Shown: positions 19,813 to 31,013, counted from the stretch's first letter. The stretch: DNA of 64,000 nt from Patescibacteria group bacterium (GCA_028704015.1 JAQVLT010000006.1:10102-74101); one strand, 5' to 3'. Made by a program: numbers and translations. The notes: generated from the letters alone by a model not told the origin.

Positions 19813-22800
19813 CTAATATTTTACTCTTTCTTTATTCTTCCTATATCCAGTACCTGCCGGAATCAATCGTCCGATGATTACATTTTCTTTAAGGCCATCT
19901 AAATAATCAATTTTACCGTTTACGGCCGCGTCAATCAAAACGCGAGAAGTATCTTGGAACGAAGCGGCTGACAAGAAACTATCGGTAGTAAGAGAAGATT
20001 TGGTAATACCAAGAAACAAACGCTCTTCTTTGGCTGGTTTAGCCGCATTTTTATTGGCGCGAGCTAAAACCGCTTCTTCAACAATTTCCCCTGGCAAAAG
20101 TTCGGTATCTCCCGATTCAACAATAAAGTGTCGGGAAAACATCTGGCGAGCAATAATTTCCACATGCTTATCATTAAGCGGCTGTCCTTGCGAGGAATAT
20201 ACATATTGAATTTCTTTGATAATATATTTCTGCACGGCCAATTTATTTTTTAACTTATAAAGTTGCTGCAAATCAACGCTGCCTTCGGTTAATTGATCGC
20301 CCTTTTCAACCTTATCGCCATCGCTAACCATGATTGAAGTTCCTTTTGGTATTATATATTCTCTTATTTTATCCGCTTCACTGGACACCTTGATATATTT
20401 TGATTCAATTGACACGACGCCAGCCTTCTCGGCTTTTACAATTTTTTTATCAATAGAAAAAAGTTCTGCTCCTTTTTTCACATCCTCGCCGTCTTTCACT
20501 GAAATCTTCGGTTCTAATTTTTTGCCGCTCAAACCCTTTTCCAACTTCACTTCATTAGCGGCTTCGGCAAAATAATATTTTTCCGAATCAATGCCGCGAT
20601 ATTTAATCTTGAGAACTTTTTCTTGTTGGTTCGCAACAACGATTGTGCTGCCGTCTTCTTGCGTAATTGTCCTCTGGGCTGTCTCTATCTGCACAGTGCC
20701 TGATGATTCGGCAATTAAAGCTTTTCTTTTTGGCGGACGCGCTTCAAAAATTTCTTCCACGCGCGGCAAACCCTGGGTAATATCTTCTTGGCCGGCAACA
20801 CCACCAGTGTGGAAAGTTCTCATAGTAAGCTGGGTGCCAGGTTCGCCAATTGACTGAGCGGCAATGATGCCAACGGCCGTCCCCAATTTGACCGGCTTGT
20901 TGTAACCCAAATCATAGCCGTAACATTTAGCACAGGTACCGCGAGACAATTTGCAGCTCAAAACAGATCTAATGCATACTTCTGTAATTTCTTCATTCTT
21001 GATTTTGTTAGCGATTTCTTCGCTTATTAATTCGCCAGCGGCTAAAAACACTTTGCCATTTTTATCTTTTACATCTTGAGCGGCAAACCTGCCGGTAATT
21101 TTTTTGAAGAAATCTTCGCCGATTTTATCACTATCTTTTTTGTAAAGCACTACACCTTCTTTATCGCCGCAATCTTCTTCAAAAATAATCATATCCTGAG
21201 CCACATCCACGAGACGGCGGGTCAGATAACCGGCGTTAGCGGTACGCAAAGCTGTATCGGACAAACCTTTACGCACGCCGTGAGTGGAAATAAAGTAACC
21301 CAATACGTCAAATCCCTCTTTAAAATTACCTTTTACAGGCAATTCAATAATATCGCCGGAAGGAGAAGTCACTAAACCTTTCATGCCGATAATCTGCGTA
21401 AGTTGCGCCCAACTGCCACGAGCGCCGGATTCAATCATTGAATAAATCGGACTTTCTAATTTTAAACCAACTTTGCAAATACCAGTAACTTTTTCTTTAG
21501 TATTAGTCCAAGCTTCAATAACCTTGCTGTAACGTTCACTTTCAGTTAAAAGACCATCGTCATATTGTGATTGGATGTTTTCTACTTCTTTTACGGAGTT
21601 AGCAATCAGCTTGTCTCTTTCTTCCAAGTGCGGCAAATCACCAAAACTCCAAGACAAACCGCTTTTGGTAATAAAATTAAAACTGGTATTTTTGAGATGA
21701 TCAAGAAACTCTACCGTCATCTCTTCACCATAATGCCCTAAACATTCCTTAATCAATCCTTTCAATTTGCTTTTACCGACAACTTCATTGATGTAGCGCA
21801 ACTTTTCCGGCAATACATCATTAAATAACACTCGGCCGACAGTAGTTTGCAATAACGAGCCATTTATTCTTACTCTGATCGGTTCATGGAGAGTAATAGC
21901 TTTTGCCGCGTAAGCATATTTCGCATCCGCAATACTAGCAAAAGCTCTTAAATCTTTTTCTTCTTTTTCGGTTTTTTCTTCCGAGGTCATGTGATAAGCT
22001 CCCCAAACAATATCCTGTCCTGGCGCAACTACCGGATCTCCGGTCGCCGGTTTCAAAAGATTATGAGAAGCAAGCATTAAATCGCGCGCCTCGGCAACTG
22101 CTTCCTTGGTAAGCGGTACATGCACGGCCATTTGGTCACCATCAAAGTCAGCATTAAAAGCGGTACAAACTAAAGGATGTATCTGAATGGCTTTACCCTC
22201 AATCAAAATTGGTTTAAACGCCTGAATACCAAGACGGTGTAAGGTCGGAGCGCGGTTGAGCAAAACATAAGCCCCTTGAACTATCTCTTCCAAAATATCC
22301 CACACTTCTTCATGGCCAGCTTCAATATAGCGGGAAGCGCTGCGAACATTATGAACTATTTCTTGTTTAATTAATTTTGAAATTACAAATGGCTTGAATA
22401 ATTCAAGAGCCATTATTTTGGGTAAACCGCATTGATCCAGCTTTAATCTCGGATTAACGACGATGACACTTCTACCTGAGTAATCAATTCTTTTACCCAA
22501 AAGATTCTGGCGGAAGCGCCCTTGCTTGCCTTTCAGCGAATCAGCCAAAGACTTTAACATTCTCTTTTGACCGGTAGACGCGGTGACAGTTTTTCCATGA
22601 CGCGCGGAATTGTCCAGAAGCGCGTCAACCGCCTCTTGAAGCATTCTTTTTTCATTACGGCAAATAACTTCCGGCGCATTCAATTCAATCAATTGTTCTA
22701 AACGATTATTTCTATTTATCACGCGACGGTAAAGGTCATTCAAATCAGAAGTGGCAAAACGACCGCCATCCAAAGCTACCATTGGGCGCAAATCAGGAGG

Positions 22801-23757
22801 AATAACCGGAACCTGAGTAAGAATCATCCATTCCGGCCTAATATTATTTGCTCTAAGACTTTTTAATAATTTTAAACGCTTGGTGATTTTTTCTTTTTTT
22901 GCATCAGTCGCGCCAGGAAGAAAAGTTTCCAATTCATTGATGGTTTTATTCAGATTAATTCTTTCTAATAATTTTCTGATGGCTTCGGCGCCAATTCCAG
23001 CTTCAAAAATATGACCATATTTCAAGCTCAAATTTTGATAAACATTCTCGGAAATTATTAAAAGCGGTTTTAAATCTTTAAGTTCTTTTTGCGCTTGTTC
23101 AAAGGCGCGCATTAAATTTTCCATCTTCTCATCTTTGACCTTGGTGAGCGCTCCAATTTCTGACAATATTCCTTCTTCCACATCGCTTTTTTCCTTGCCG
23201 TCCTGAAGCATTTTTCCTTTGCTATTTTTGATTTCATCAACCTGTTTTTTATATTCGCCTTCAATATTCTTCTTTTTTTGTTTAAGCTCCTGTTTAATTT
23301 GTTCTATAGTCGCGTTTTTTAAATCATCATCAACGTCAGTGACAACAAAACTCGCAAAATAAACTACTTTTTCCATCGCTTGCATGGAAAGATCCAGGAT
23401 CAAACCAATCTTTGAAGAAATACCGCGCAAAAACCAGATATGCGAGCAAGGCGATTGCAAGCTAATATGGCCCATGCGTTCACGGCGTACAATGGAACGA
23501 GTTACTTCCACTCCGCATTTATCGCAGATAATTCCTTTATAGCGAATCTTTTTGTACTTTCCGCAATAGCATTCCCAGTCCTTTGAGGGGCCAAAAATTC
23601 GCTCGCAAAACAAACCGTCTTTCTCCGGTTTTTGCGTGCGATAGTTTATGGTCTCGGGACGAGTTACCTCGCCGTGCGACCAACGCAAAATATCATCAGG
23701 AGAAGCTAATTTTAATTTAATGGCGTCAAAATCTGTTGTTTTTATTGGAATAAGCAT
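19813..23757 (-). CDS. rpoC: DNA-directed RNA polymerase subunit beta'
   Basis: 1314 aa with the NADFDGDQM catalytic motif and zinc-binding cysteines near the N-terminus. Confidence 0.98.
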   Translation of the reverse strand: MLIPIKTTDFDAIKLKLASPDDILRWSHGEVTRPETINYRTQKPEKDGLFCERIFGPSKDWECYCGKYKKIRYKGIICDKCGVEVTRSIVRRERMGHISLQSPCSHIWFLRGISSKIGLILDLSMQAMEKVVYFASFVVTDVDDDLKNATIEQIKQELKQKKKNIEGEYKKQVDEIKNSKGKMLQDGKEKSDVEEGILSEIGALTKVKDEKMENLMRAFEQAQKELKDLKPLLIISENVYQNLSLKYGHIFEAGIGAEAIRKLLERINLNKTINELETFLPGATDAKKEKITKRLKLLKSLRANNIRPEWMILTQVPVIPPDLRPMVALDGGRFATSDLNDLYRRVINRNNRLEQLIELNAPEVICRNEKRMLQEAVDALLDNSARHGKTVTASTGQKRMLKSLADSLKGKQGRFRQNLLGKRIDYSGRSVIVVNPRLKLDQCGLPKIMALELFKPFVISKLIKQEIVHNVRSASRYIEAGHEEVWDILEEIVQGAYVLLNRAPTLHRLGIQAFKPILIEGKAIQIHPLVCTAFNADFDGDQMAVHVPLTKEAVAEARDLMLASHNLLKPATGDPVVAPGQDIVWGAYHMTSEEKTEKEEKDLRAFASIADAKYAYAAKAITLHEPIRVRINGSLLQTTVGRVLFNDVLPEKLRYINEVVGKSKLKGLIKECLGHYGEEMTVEFLDHLKNTSFNFITKSGLSWSFGDLPHLEERDKLIANSVKEVENIQSQYDDGLLTESERYSKVIEAWTNTKEKVTGICKVGLKLESPIYSMIESGARGSWAQLTQIIGMKGLVTSPSGDIIELPVKGNFKEGFDVLGYFISTHGVRKGLSDTALRTANAGYLTRRLVDVAQDMIIFEEDCGDKEGVVLYKKDSDKIGEDFFKKITGRFAAQDVKDKNGKVFLAAGELISEEIANKIKNEEITEVCIRSVLSCKLSRGTCAKCYGYDLGYNKPVKLGTAVGIIAAQSIGEPGTQLTMRTFHTGGVAGQEDITQGLPRVEEIFEARPPKRKALIAESSGTVQIETAQRTITQEDGSTIVVANQQEKVLKIKYRGIDSEKYYFAEAANEVKLEKGLSGKKLEPKISVKDGEDVKKGAELFSIDKKIVKAEKAGVVSIESKYIKVSSEADKIREYIIPKGTSIMVSDGDKVEKGDQLTEGSVDLQQLYKLKNKLAVQKYIIKEIQYVYSSQGQPLNDKHVEIIARQMFSRHFIVESGDTELLPGEIVEEAVLARANKNAAKPAKEERLFLGITKSSLTTDSFLSAASFQDTSRVLIDAAVNGKIDYLDGLKENVIIGRLIPAGTGYRKNKERVKY

Positions 23758-23806
23758 AGTATTTAGTAATTAGTAAATAGTAATTTGTAATTTGAAAAGA
23801 AAGTTT

Positions 23807-26800
23807 TTATTTTTCTTCTATATTAGCATCCTTATTTTTTTCTTCGCCGCCGTCTTGTGTCTTTTTCTCTTCAAATTTCTCGCCATATTCATCCGTCTTC
23901 TCGCCGCCCAAAAGTTCAACATCCAAACAAAGCCCTTTTAACTCGCGCACCAAAACGTTAAACGATTCCGGAACATTTAATTTTCTAATAGTCTCACCCT
24001 TAATGATTGATTCATACGCCTTGCTTCTACCCGGCACGTCATCGGATTTGATTGTTAAAATTTCTTGAAGACAATGAGCCGCGCCATAGCCTTCCAATGC
24101 CCAGACTTCCATTTCACCGAAACGTTGTCCGCCGAATTGCGCCTTGCCACCCAGAGGCTGTTGAGTGATTAATGAGTATGGACCAATTGAGCGCTGATGC
24201 ACCTTGTCTTCCACCATGTGGTTGAGTTTTAACATATATTTGATTCCCACGGTAATTCTATTATCATAAGGTTCGCCGGTTTTTCCATCATAAAGCACGG
24301 CTTTACCATCTTCGGGTAATCCGGCTTTTTTTAGTTCGTCTTTTATTTGTTCTTCTGTCACGCCATGCAAAACCGGAGTGGCTATACGATAACCCAAACG
24401 TTTAGCGGCAAAACCTAAGTGAGTTTCCAGGAGTTGGCCCAAGTTCATACGAGAAATAATACCCAAAGGAGACAAAATAATATCAATCGGAGTACCGTCA
24501 GCCAAATAAGGCATATCTTCGGCTGGAACAATTTTTGAAATAACGCCTTTGTTGCCATGTCGGCCGGCCATCTTGTCGCCTGCCTGTATTTTTCTCAAAT
24601 TCGCAACTGAAACTTGAATTGTTTTAATTACGCCAGCCGACAATTTATCGCCGTCTTCGCGGGAAAAAGTCTTAATATCAACTACTCTACCATGTTCGCC
24701 ATGCTCAAGATACAACGAAGAATCGCGCACGTCCTTGGCTTTTTCACCGAAAATGGCGCGCAATAATTTTTCTTCCGCGGATAATTCAGTCTCGCCTTTT
24801 GGCGTGATTTTACCAACCAAAATATCACCCGAAGAAATTTCAGCGCCAATGCGGATTATTCCGTTTTCATCAAGATCTTTTAATTTTTCTTCACCAATAT
24901 TCGGAATGTCATTGGTAATAATTTCCGGACCAAGCTTAGTATCGCGTACGTCAATTTTGTACTCTTCTATATGAATTGAGGAATAAGCGTCATTTCTTAC
25001 CAGCCGCTCGGAAATTATAATCGCGTCTTCATAGTTAAATCCTTCCCAAGTCATAAAAGCGACTAAAATATTTTTACCCAATGCCAATTCACCTTTGTCA
25101 ATCGCCGGACCATCAGTTAACACCTGTCCTTTTTTTACTTCATCTCCGATATTTACTATCGGTCTTTGGTTAATGCAGGTAGAAGAGTTGGAGCGTAAAT
25201 ATTTAATTAGCCGATATGATTTGGTTTTTTCTTTAAATTTTATTTCAATGGAAAATGAATCAACTTTTGTGACTATTCCATCATCTTCAGCGACGATTAC
25301 ATGTCCGGAATCTTTAGCGGCACGCGCCTCTACGCCAGTGCCGATAATCGGCGCTTCCGGATTAACAATCGGGACTGCCTGACGTTGCATGTTCGTTCCC
25401 ATGAGAGCGCGCTGTCCATCATCGTGTTCCATGAACGGAATCAAAGAAGTCGCTACGGAAATAATCTGATTAGCCGCAATGCCAAAAAGATCAATTTTTG
25501 TTATCTCTTGCGTAGCCGGCTGGCCATATTTTCTAGCTTCGCATTTTTCAACCAAAAAATATCCGTTACTATCAATAGGCGTAGTAGAAGCGGTAGAAAT
25601 ATATTTTTCTTCTTCAAAAGCGTCTAAATAAATTATTTCGTCGGTAACCACCGGCTTAATAGGTATTAAAGCGTGGCGGTCAACTTTCTTCGTCAATTCT
25701 TCAGCCGCAGATTTATCAATAACTTCTCCGGCTTTGACTATAACTTTTCCTTTTTTATCATCATCAGCTTCGCTATACAAAATGCGCCATTCATTTTTGT
25801 CGCTTATCAATCCTTTGGTTAAATCAGGCACATAATCTCGACTTAAATCTTTTACTTCGCAAATATCTTCGCGCGCAATTTTTCCTGTGGTAATTTTGGG
25901 ATTATTCTCAATATCGTGTAAAACTACGCGATAAGGCGCTTCAATAAAACCATATTTATTCAATCGCGCGTAGCTGGCTAAATGGCCGACTAAACCGATA
26001 TTCGGACCTTCCGGAGTAGCAATTGGACAAATTCTGCCGTAGTGAGTGGTGTGCACGTCGCGCACGTCAAATCCGGCGCGTTCGCGCGTCAAACCGCCCG
26101 GACCCATCGCCGACAATCTTCTTTTGTGCTCCAATTCGGCTAACGGATTGGTTTGATCCATGAATTGCGACAACTGAGAAGACATAAAAAATTCTTTTAC
26201 AACACTGATAACCGGACGAGCATTTATCAATTTATTCGGGGTCAAAGTATTAATATCTCCGGTACTCATTCTGTCTTTGATGATGCGTTCCATGCGCGCT
26301 AAGCCAACGCGGAATTTATTTTGAATAAGCTCACCAATAGCCCGAACACGGCGGTTTCCCAAATGATCAATATCGTCTTCTTTTCCCTGAGTTATGTTCA
26401 AGCGTATCACTTCCTTGATGATAGAAACTAAATCTTCTATTTTTAAAATTCTATTTTCTTTATTAATCGGGGTGTTTAATTTAAAACGTCTATTCAATTT
26501 GTAGCGACCGACTCTGTCAAAATCATAGCGATCAAAACGAAAAAACATAGAATGAATCAATTGGCGGGCATTATCAGTTGTCGCCAAGTCTCCCGGACGA
26601 ATTCTCTTGTACACTTCTTTTAAGCCCTCAGCTTCATTCTTGGCAACATCTTTGGAAATAGTCGCGTCAATATAACCGCTTTCCTCTTCGTTTTTAGTCA
26701 AATCAATATCTTTGAACAATGTTCTAATTTCTTCGTCGGTAGAAATCCCAAAAGCGCGCAATAACGAAGTTATTGCCACTTTTCTTTTGCGGTCAATGCG

Positions 26801-27340
26801 CACCCAAACAACTTTGTTCAAGTCGGTTTCAATCTCCAGCCAAGCGCCGCGGTTTGGAATAATTTTCGCGCCGTAATATTTCTTTCCTTTAATAAATTCG
26901 GAAGTAAAAATTACACCGGCGCTTCTGATTAGCTGTGAAACTACTACTCTTTCTATGCCGTTAATAATAAAAGTGCCGTTCTTGGTCATTAAAGGGAAAT
27001 CTCCCAAAAATACTTCTTGCGTTGAAGTTTCATTTAAACGCTTATTTACCAAACGCGCTTTTACTCTAAGTGGTGCTTCAAAAGTGGCATTTTTAGCCTT
27101 GCTTTCCAATTCATCAAATTTTGGCTCGTCCAAATAATAATCGTCAAAATATAATTCCAAATCACGACCGATAAAATCAGTTATCGGGGAAACCTCTTCA
27201 AAAAGTTCTTTCAGTCCCTCTTCCAAAAACCATTTATAAGAATCTTTCTGAATTTCTATCAAGTCCGGCATAGGCATTATCTCCCGGCTTTCGGAAAAAT
27301 ATTTTCTTTCACTATTTTTAGCGCGCATGGTATTAGACAT
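23807..27340 (-). CDS. rpoB: DNA-directed RNA polymerase subunit beta
   Basis: 1177 aa with conserved [13 protein letters not shown] and [10 protein letters not shown] motifs. Confidence 0.98.
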   Translation of the reverse strand: MSNTMRAKNSERKYFSESREIMPMPDLIEIQKDSYKWFLEEGLKELFEEVSPITDFIGRDLELYFDDYYLDEPKFDELESKAKNATFEAPLRVKARLVNKRLNETSTQEVFLGDFPLMTKNGTFIINGIERVVVSQLIRSAGVIFTSEFIKGKKYYGAKIIPNRGAWLEIETDLNKVVWVRIDRKRKVAITSLLRAFGISTDEEIRTLFKDIDLTKNEEESGYIDATISKDVAKNEAEGLKEVYKRIRPGDLATTDNARQLIHSMFFRFDRYDFDRVGRYKLNRRFKLNTPINKENRILKIEDLVSIIKEVIRLNITQGKEDDIDHLGNRRVRAIGELIQNKFRVGLARMERIIKDRMSTGDINTLTPNKLINARPVISVVKEFFMSSQLSQFMDQTNPLAELEHKRRLSAMGPGGLTRERAGFDVRDVHTTHYGRICPIATPEGPNIGLVGHLASYARLNKYGFIEAPYRVVLHDIENNPKITTGKIAREDICEVKDLSRDYVPDLTKGLISDKNEWRILYSEADDDKKGKVIVKAGEVIDKSAAEELTKKVDRHALIPIKPVVTDEIIYLDAFEEEKYISTASTTPIDSNGYFLVEKCEARKYGQPATQEITKIDLFGIAANQIISVATSLIPFMEHDDGQRALMGTNMQRQAVPIVNPEAPIIGTGVEARAAKDSGHVIVAEDDGIVTKVDSFSIEIKFKEKTKSYRLIKYLRSNSSTCINQRPIVNIGDEVKKGQVLTDGPAIDKGELALGKNILVAFMTWEGFNYEDAIIISERLVRNDAYSSIHIEEYKIDVRDTKLGPEIITNDIPNIGEEKLKDLDENGIIRIGAEISSGDILVGKITPKGETELSAEEKLLRAIFGEKAKDVRDSSLYLEHGEHGRVVDIKTFSREDGDKLSAGVIKTIQVSVANLRKIQAGDKMAGRHGNKGVISKIVPAEDMPYLADGTPIDIILSPLGIISRMNLGQLLETHLGFAAKRLGYRIATPVLHGVTEEQIKDELKKAGLPEDGKAVLYDGKTGEPYDNRITVGIKYMLKLNHMVEDKVHQRSIGPYSLITQQPLGGKAQFGGQRFGEMEVWALEGYGAAHCLQEILTIKSDDVPGRSKAYESIIKGETIRKLNVPESFNVLVRELKGLCLDVELLGGEKTDEYGEKFEEKKTQDGGEEKNKDANIEEK

Positions 27341-27548
27341 ATTTTTAAATATTATAATTTATAATTATTTAAAGTTTTTAAGCTGGGGTTTTGGCAAAGA
27401 CAACAAAAAATCTCAATCCGAACGAGAATTGAGTTAAATTAACTGTTAATTATTCAGTTTAGACAAGCGGAAGAAGATTGCCACAGATTGTTTAAAGGCT
27501 AAAATAATTTAAAAGCATGGGTGATACTTTTACTTTTAAAACAAAAAA

Positions 27549-27595
27549 ACGGGAGTATTGCGCATTTACTGAAAACGCAGATTATCCGTTTTTAA
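27549..27595 (-). terminator. hairpin plus T-run inside the rpoB leader (attenuator-like)
   Basis: Minus strand reads ACGGATAATCTGCG-loop-CGCAATACTCCCGT followed by TTTTTTTG. It lies between the predicted promoter (27644-27672) and the rpoB ATG (27340). Confidence 0.4.
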
Positions 27596-27643
27596 ATTTT
27601 TTCTTTTCTTCCACAGAAAAATTCAGTTTCTTTATTTCCTCTT

Positions 27644-27672
27644 ATATTAACAATAATTTTGAGTATTGTCAA
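27644..27672 (-). promoter_or_regulatory. sigma70-like promoter TTGACA-17-TAATAT upstream of rpoB
   Basis: Minus strand reads TTGACAatactcaaaattattgtTAATAT, about 300 nt upstream of the rpoB start. Confidence 0.6.
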
Positions 27673-27820
27673 GCAAAATGGCCTTAAAAATCTAAAAATC
27701 TAAAAATCTAAAAAATTTTAGCTAACATTAAATAAAATATAAACTAAAAAATATTAGTAAATTTGACAAAAAAATCTCTCCGCCGATTTATACACAGCCG
27801 ATCTAACATAATAAAATGTA

Positions 27821-27955
27821 ATTGTTAATTGTTAATTGTTAATTGTTAATTGTTAATTGTTAATTGTTAATTGTTAATTGTTAATTGTTAATTGTTAATT
27901 GTTAATTGTTAATTGTTAATTGTTAATTGTTAATTGTTAATTGTTCTCTTACCAC
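27821..27955. repeat. tandem octamer AATTGTTA x about 17
   Basis: Perfect head-to-tail repeats read directly. They overlap the last codons and the stop of the Mur-ligase gene (..LTINN*). Confidence 0.95.
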
Positions 27956-29329
27956 CCTTCTATCATCCCAAGGAATTTTCTCGCCATTAGCCACGCAAAT
28001 CGCCTGCTCGCTCCCCTTGCCGGTAATCAAAACAATATCGCCGGTTTCGGCCAAAGACAAAGCTTTTTTAATCGCTTCGCGACGATCCAAAATATTAAAA
28101 AGGTTTTCATTCTTCTTTTTTCCCGCGTGTTCGGCGCCAACTTCCACTTGATCAATGATAATTTGCGGATCGTCATCGTAAGGATCTTCGTTGGTTACAA
28201 TAACATAATCGGCATTGGCGCCGGCAACTTTTCCCAATATCGGCCGGCGCGCCACATCACGTCCCCCGCCCGCCGAACCCAGGACATGAATAATTTTATT
28301 GTGCGGAATAAATTTTACCGTCTCATACAATTTTTCCACTGCCTTTGGCTCAAAAGCGTAATCAACAATAACAACGAATTTTTGCCCCTCATCAATCTTC
28401 TCCAACCTACCGGGAATTCCCGAGACGCTTTCCAAACCTAATTTTATTTTTTCTCGCGCTATTTCCTGCGCTTCGCCCACGCAATACGCCGCCATGGCAT
28501 TTGTCGCGTTAAATTCACCGAGCAGCTGCAAAGCAATTTTATTATCCCCAACTTGAAAACTTGTACCCTTTTCGGACGCAACAATATCACTGTACTCAAT
28601 TATTTTAATATTACTAAATAAATCTTGTTTCTTGTTTCTTGTTTCTTGTTTCTTTGCATAGCCATATTTTTCTTCCGCCCAAAAATCCAAAAAATATTCC
28701 GCGTTATCGTCATCCAAATTGGCAATGATGGTTTTTTTAACGCGCTTCAAATCTAATTTACGAATATTGCTTAGCCCTGTATGCACCGCTCTATTGTCGT
28801 CGGCGTATTTTGTTTTGCATCGTTTCAGATGAGCGAACAATTCACCCTTGGTTTTCTTGTAATTAAGAAAGCTGCCATGCGATTCAATATGCTCCGGATA
28901 CAAACCGGGAAAAACCAAAATATCATAATTAATAAAACGGTGGCGATATTGCCTAATACCTTCGGAAGTAGTTTCGATAATCGCGTACTGGCAGCCGTTC
29001 TTGATCATTTTGCGTAAAATTCCCTGGGTGAAAAATCTGCCCATCATGGTCATTTTTTTATCATTCAGCCATTCTTTATTTCCATCACCGAACATTGCCG
29101 TGGAAGTATAGCCGACTTTGTAGCCGGAATTCGCAAACATCTTAGCGACCAAATAAGTGATCGTGGTTTTTCCGGTGGTGCCAGTCACGCCGATAACAAT
29201 TAAATTATCACTCGGCCAGCGATAAACGACCGAAGCAATCCAACTCATTAGAAAATGATAGACCGGCTGGAGCGCTTTGAATAGTTTTCTGGGTAGTAAT
29301 TTTTTAATTTTAACTAATATTTTATCCAT
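27923..29329 (-). CDS. Mur ligase family protein (MurE-like)
   Basis: 468 aa with P-loop GVTGTTGKTT and Mur ligase middle and C-terminal domain patterns. It contains a CTTGTTT x4 tandem at 28624-28651. Confidence 0.7.
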   Translation of the reverse strand: MDKILVKIKKLLPRKLFKALQPVYHFLMSWIASVVYRWPSDNLIVIGVTGTTGKTTITYLVAKMFANSGYKVGYTSTAMFGDGNKEWLNDKKMTMMGRFFTQGILRKMIKNGCQYAIIETTSEGIRQYRHRFINYDILVFPGLYPEHIESHGSFLNYKKTKGELFAHLKRCKTKYADDNRAVHTGLSNIRKLDLKRVKKTIIANLDDDNAEYFLDFWAEEKYGYAKKQETRNKKQDLFSNIKIIEYSDIVASEKGTSFQVGDNKIALQLLGEFNATNAMAAYCVGEAQEIAREKIKLGLESVSGIPGRLEKIDEGQKFVVIVDYAFEPKAVEKLYETVKFIPHNKIIHVLGSAGGGRDVARRPILGKVAGANADYVIVTNEDPYDDDPQIIIDQVEVGAEHAGKKKNENLFNILDRREAIKKALSLAETGDIVLITGKGSEQAICVANGEKIPWDDRRVVREQLTINN

Positions 29330-29426
29330 AATATATAATAATAATTTCTAATGCCTAAATTATAATTTCTAATAAATTTACTAATGACCAATGAACTAAT
29401 TTTTTAACATTTAATCATTTATTAGA

Positions 29427-29447
29427 TCTGCCTGCCGGCAGGCAGGA
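29427..29447. repeat. GC-rich palindrome family member (TCTGCCTGCCGGCAGGCAGGA)
   Basis: Hairpin between the FemAB-family gene end and the Mur ligase start, flanked by AT-rich inverted words (ATAATTTCTAAT / ATTAGAAATTGT). Confidence 0.85.
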
Positions 29448-29469
29448 ATTAGAAATTGTAATTTAGAAA

Positions 29470-30546
29470 TTAAACGGCTCTCCTTATTTTTCTCAACAAC
29501 CCGTAAATTCCATACCATCCTCTACTAAACACCGCGTCAAACGTCCCCGGATAATCATATTCAAATCCGGCGAAGCCTTTTTTGAACCGCGTTACGCCCG
29601 GCCATTTCGTTTCGCTGATACCATAAAAATCATAATATTTATAACCCAACTCTTTGGCTAATTTAATGCAGTGCCATTGCAAGGCGTATGGCGCCATTAA
29701 ATTTCTGAATTCGTTGGAAGACGCACCGTGCATATAAGTAACCGTGTCGCCAAAAAACGCCACAATATTTCCGGAAATTATTTTCCCTTGATACTTCGCG
29801 AGAAATAATTTTACATTTAATTCAGAATTTGTAATTCGTAACCTGCCTGCCGGTAGGCAAGGTTGATAATTCGTAATTGATAATTGCTTTTGATAATATT
29901 CTTTCTCATGTAATCTAAATTTATCGCGTGTCTTGGTTTGCTCCATGATCTTCCACCACTCATCAAAATCAGCGCTCCCCTCTCCTTGAGCTTTGTCCTC
30001 CCTCCTTACGAAGGAGGGAGATAGAGGGAGGTCCTGGGGTGAGGTTATTATCTCAATTCCCTTTTTCTCCGCCAACCGGATATTATATCTCGTCTTTTCA
30101 TGCATATCTTTCAATAATTCTTCCTCGGACTTAGACAAATCAAGAAGTAAAGTTTTAGATGGCTGAATGTCAATTGTGCGCGTAACGCGTAACGCATAAC
30201 GCGTAACGTCAAATGTTGGCTCAAAACGTAAAAAAATAATTTTCTCTTTCTTAGCTTTTTTATTAATTTCATTAAAGAAAAAAGTTATATGTTCTACGTT
30301 ATGCGTTATGCGAAAGATTGGTCCGCGTGGCGAATACCAATACTTCATTCCGAGCGGCAATCGCTTCTCAATTAAAGTCGCAGCCGCCATGAACTCTCCT
30401 TTATCTTCTACGCCAAAACGCAAAACTTTATTCCCCGCGCTTGCCTGAAATTCACCCCATTCATAGGACTCCAAAAACGCGCTATGCTCCTCGGCACTTA
30501 CAAATTTATTCAATTCTTCTTTATTTTTTATTTCAACTAAATTCAT
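29470..30546 (-). CDS. FemAB-family peptidoglycan interpeptide-bridge aminoacyltransferase
   Basis: 358 aa with the N-terminus ...FLESYEWGEFQ and the C-terminal GVTRFKKGFAG pattern. It carries at least 4 in-frame repeat-derived inserts (see findings). Confidence 0.7.
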   Translation of the reverse strand: MNLVEIKNKEELNKFVSAEEHSAFLESYEWGEFQASAGNKVLRFGVEDKGEFMAAATLIEKRLPLGMKYWYSPRGPIFRITHNVEHITFFFNEINKKAKKEKIIFLRFEPTFDVTRYALRVTRTIDIQPSKTLLLDLSKSEEELLKDMHEKTRYNIRLAEKKGIEIITSPQDLPLSPSFVRREDKAQGEGSADFDEWWKIMEQTKTRDKFRLHEKEYYQKQLSITNYQPCLPAGRLRITNSELNVKLFLAKYQGKIISGNIVAFFGDTVTYMHGASSNEFRNLMAPYALQWHCIKLAKELGYKYYDFYGISETKWPGVTRFKKGFAGFEYDYPGTFDAVFSRGWYGIYGLLRKIRRAV

Positions 30547-30689
30547 ATTATTTATCTTAGCATTTTAAAGAATAATTGCAAAAATTTATCCAAACCTGAT
30601 AATTGTTAAATTGCTTGCATGCACTAATAATTTATTGCTATAATATAAATAATAATAGGGAGGAAATTTATAAACTAACCAATAAAATT

Positions 30690-31013
30690 ATGTTTCAACC
30701 AGACGGAGTTAAACCAACTAATAAACACGAGGATCAGTCGGACCAAAGCAAAGAAACTACTATTGAGCAAGCTCTAATGAATTTTGGTAAAATACTGGAA
30801 TGGCACAAGGCAGACCCAAAATTAATTGAGCAAATAAACACATTAATAAAAAAACTGGGAGAAAACGCAAATCCAGAAGAATTAATTTCTCTTAAAAATG
30901 AAATTTTAACATCAGTATCATCACTTCAAAAAGATCTGAATTTTAATGGAGAAAGTCCTGAACTAGACGAACAACTTAGCGCATTAGCGCAGACGTTAAA
31001 GGCACAATTGTAA
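30690..31013 (+). CDS. hypothetical protein (107 aa; ORF track start 30603)
   Basis: ATG at 30690 lies downstream of a TGcTATAAT extended -10 (30636-30644). No recognised motif. Confidence 0.4.
   Translation: MFQPDGVKPTNKHEDQSDQSKETTIEQALMNFGKILEWHKADPKLIEQINTLIKKLGENANPEELISLKNEILTSVSSLQKDLNFNGESPELDEQLSALAQTLKAQL

Noticed and set aside
20000-27137. Numerous 60-110 aa ORFs antisense to, or out of frame within, rpoC and rpoB. The same pattern occurs inside the macB, mreB, hlyD, Mur ligase, histidine kinase and S8 protease genes.
   Set aside because: These are shadow ORFs nested entirely within long, motif-verified CDSs. They have no independent start signals.
27821-27955. The octamer tract as a phase-variation switch for the Mur-ligase gene.
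   Set aside because: The stop codon is reached within the first repeat units in the coding frame, so unit gain or loss further along the tract would not change the protein. A spacing effect on rpoB regulation remains speculative.
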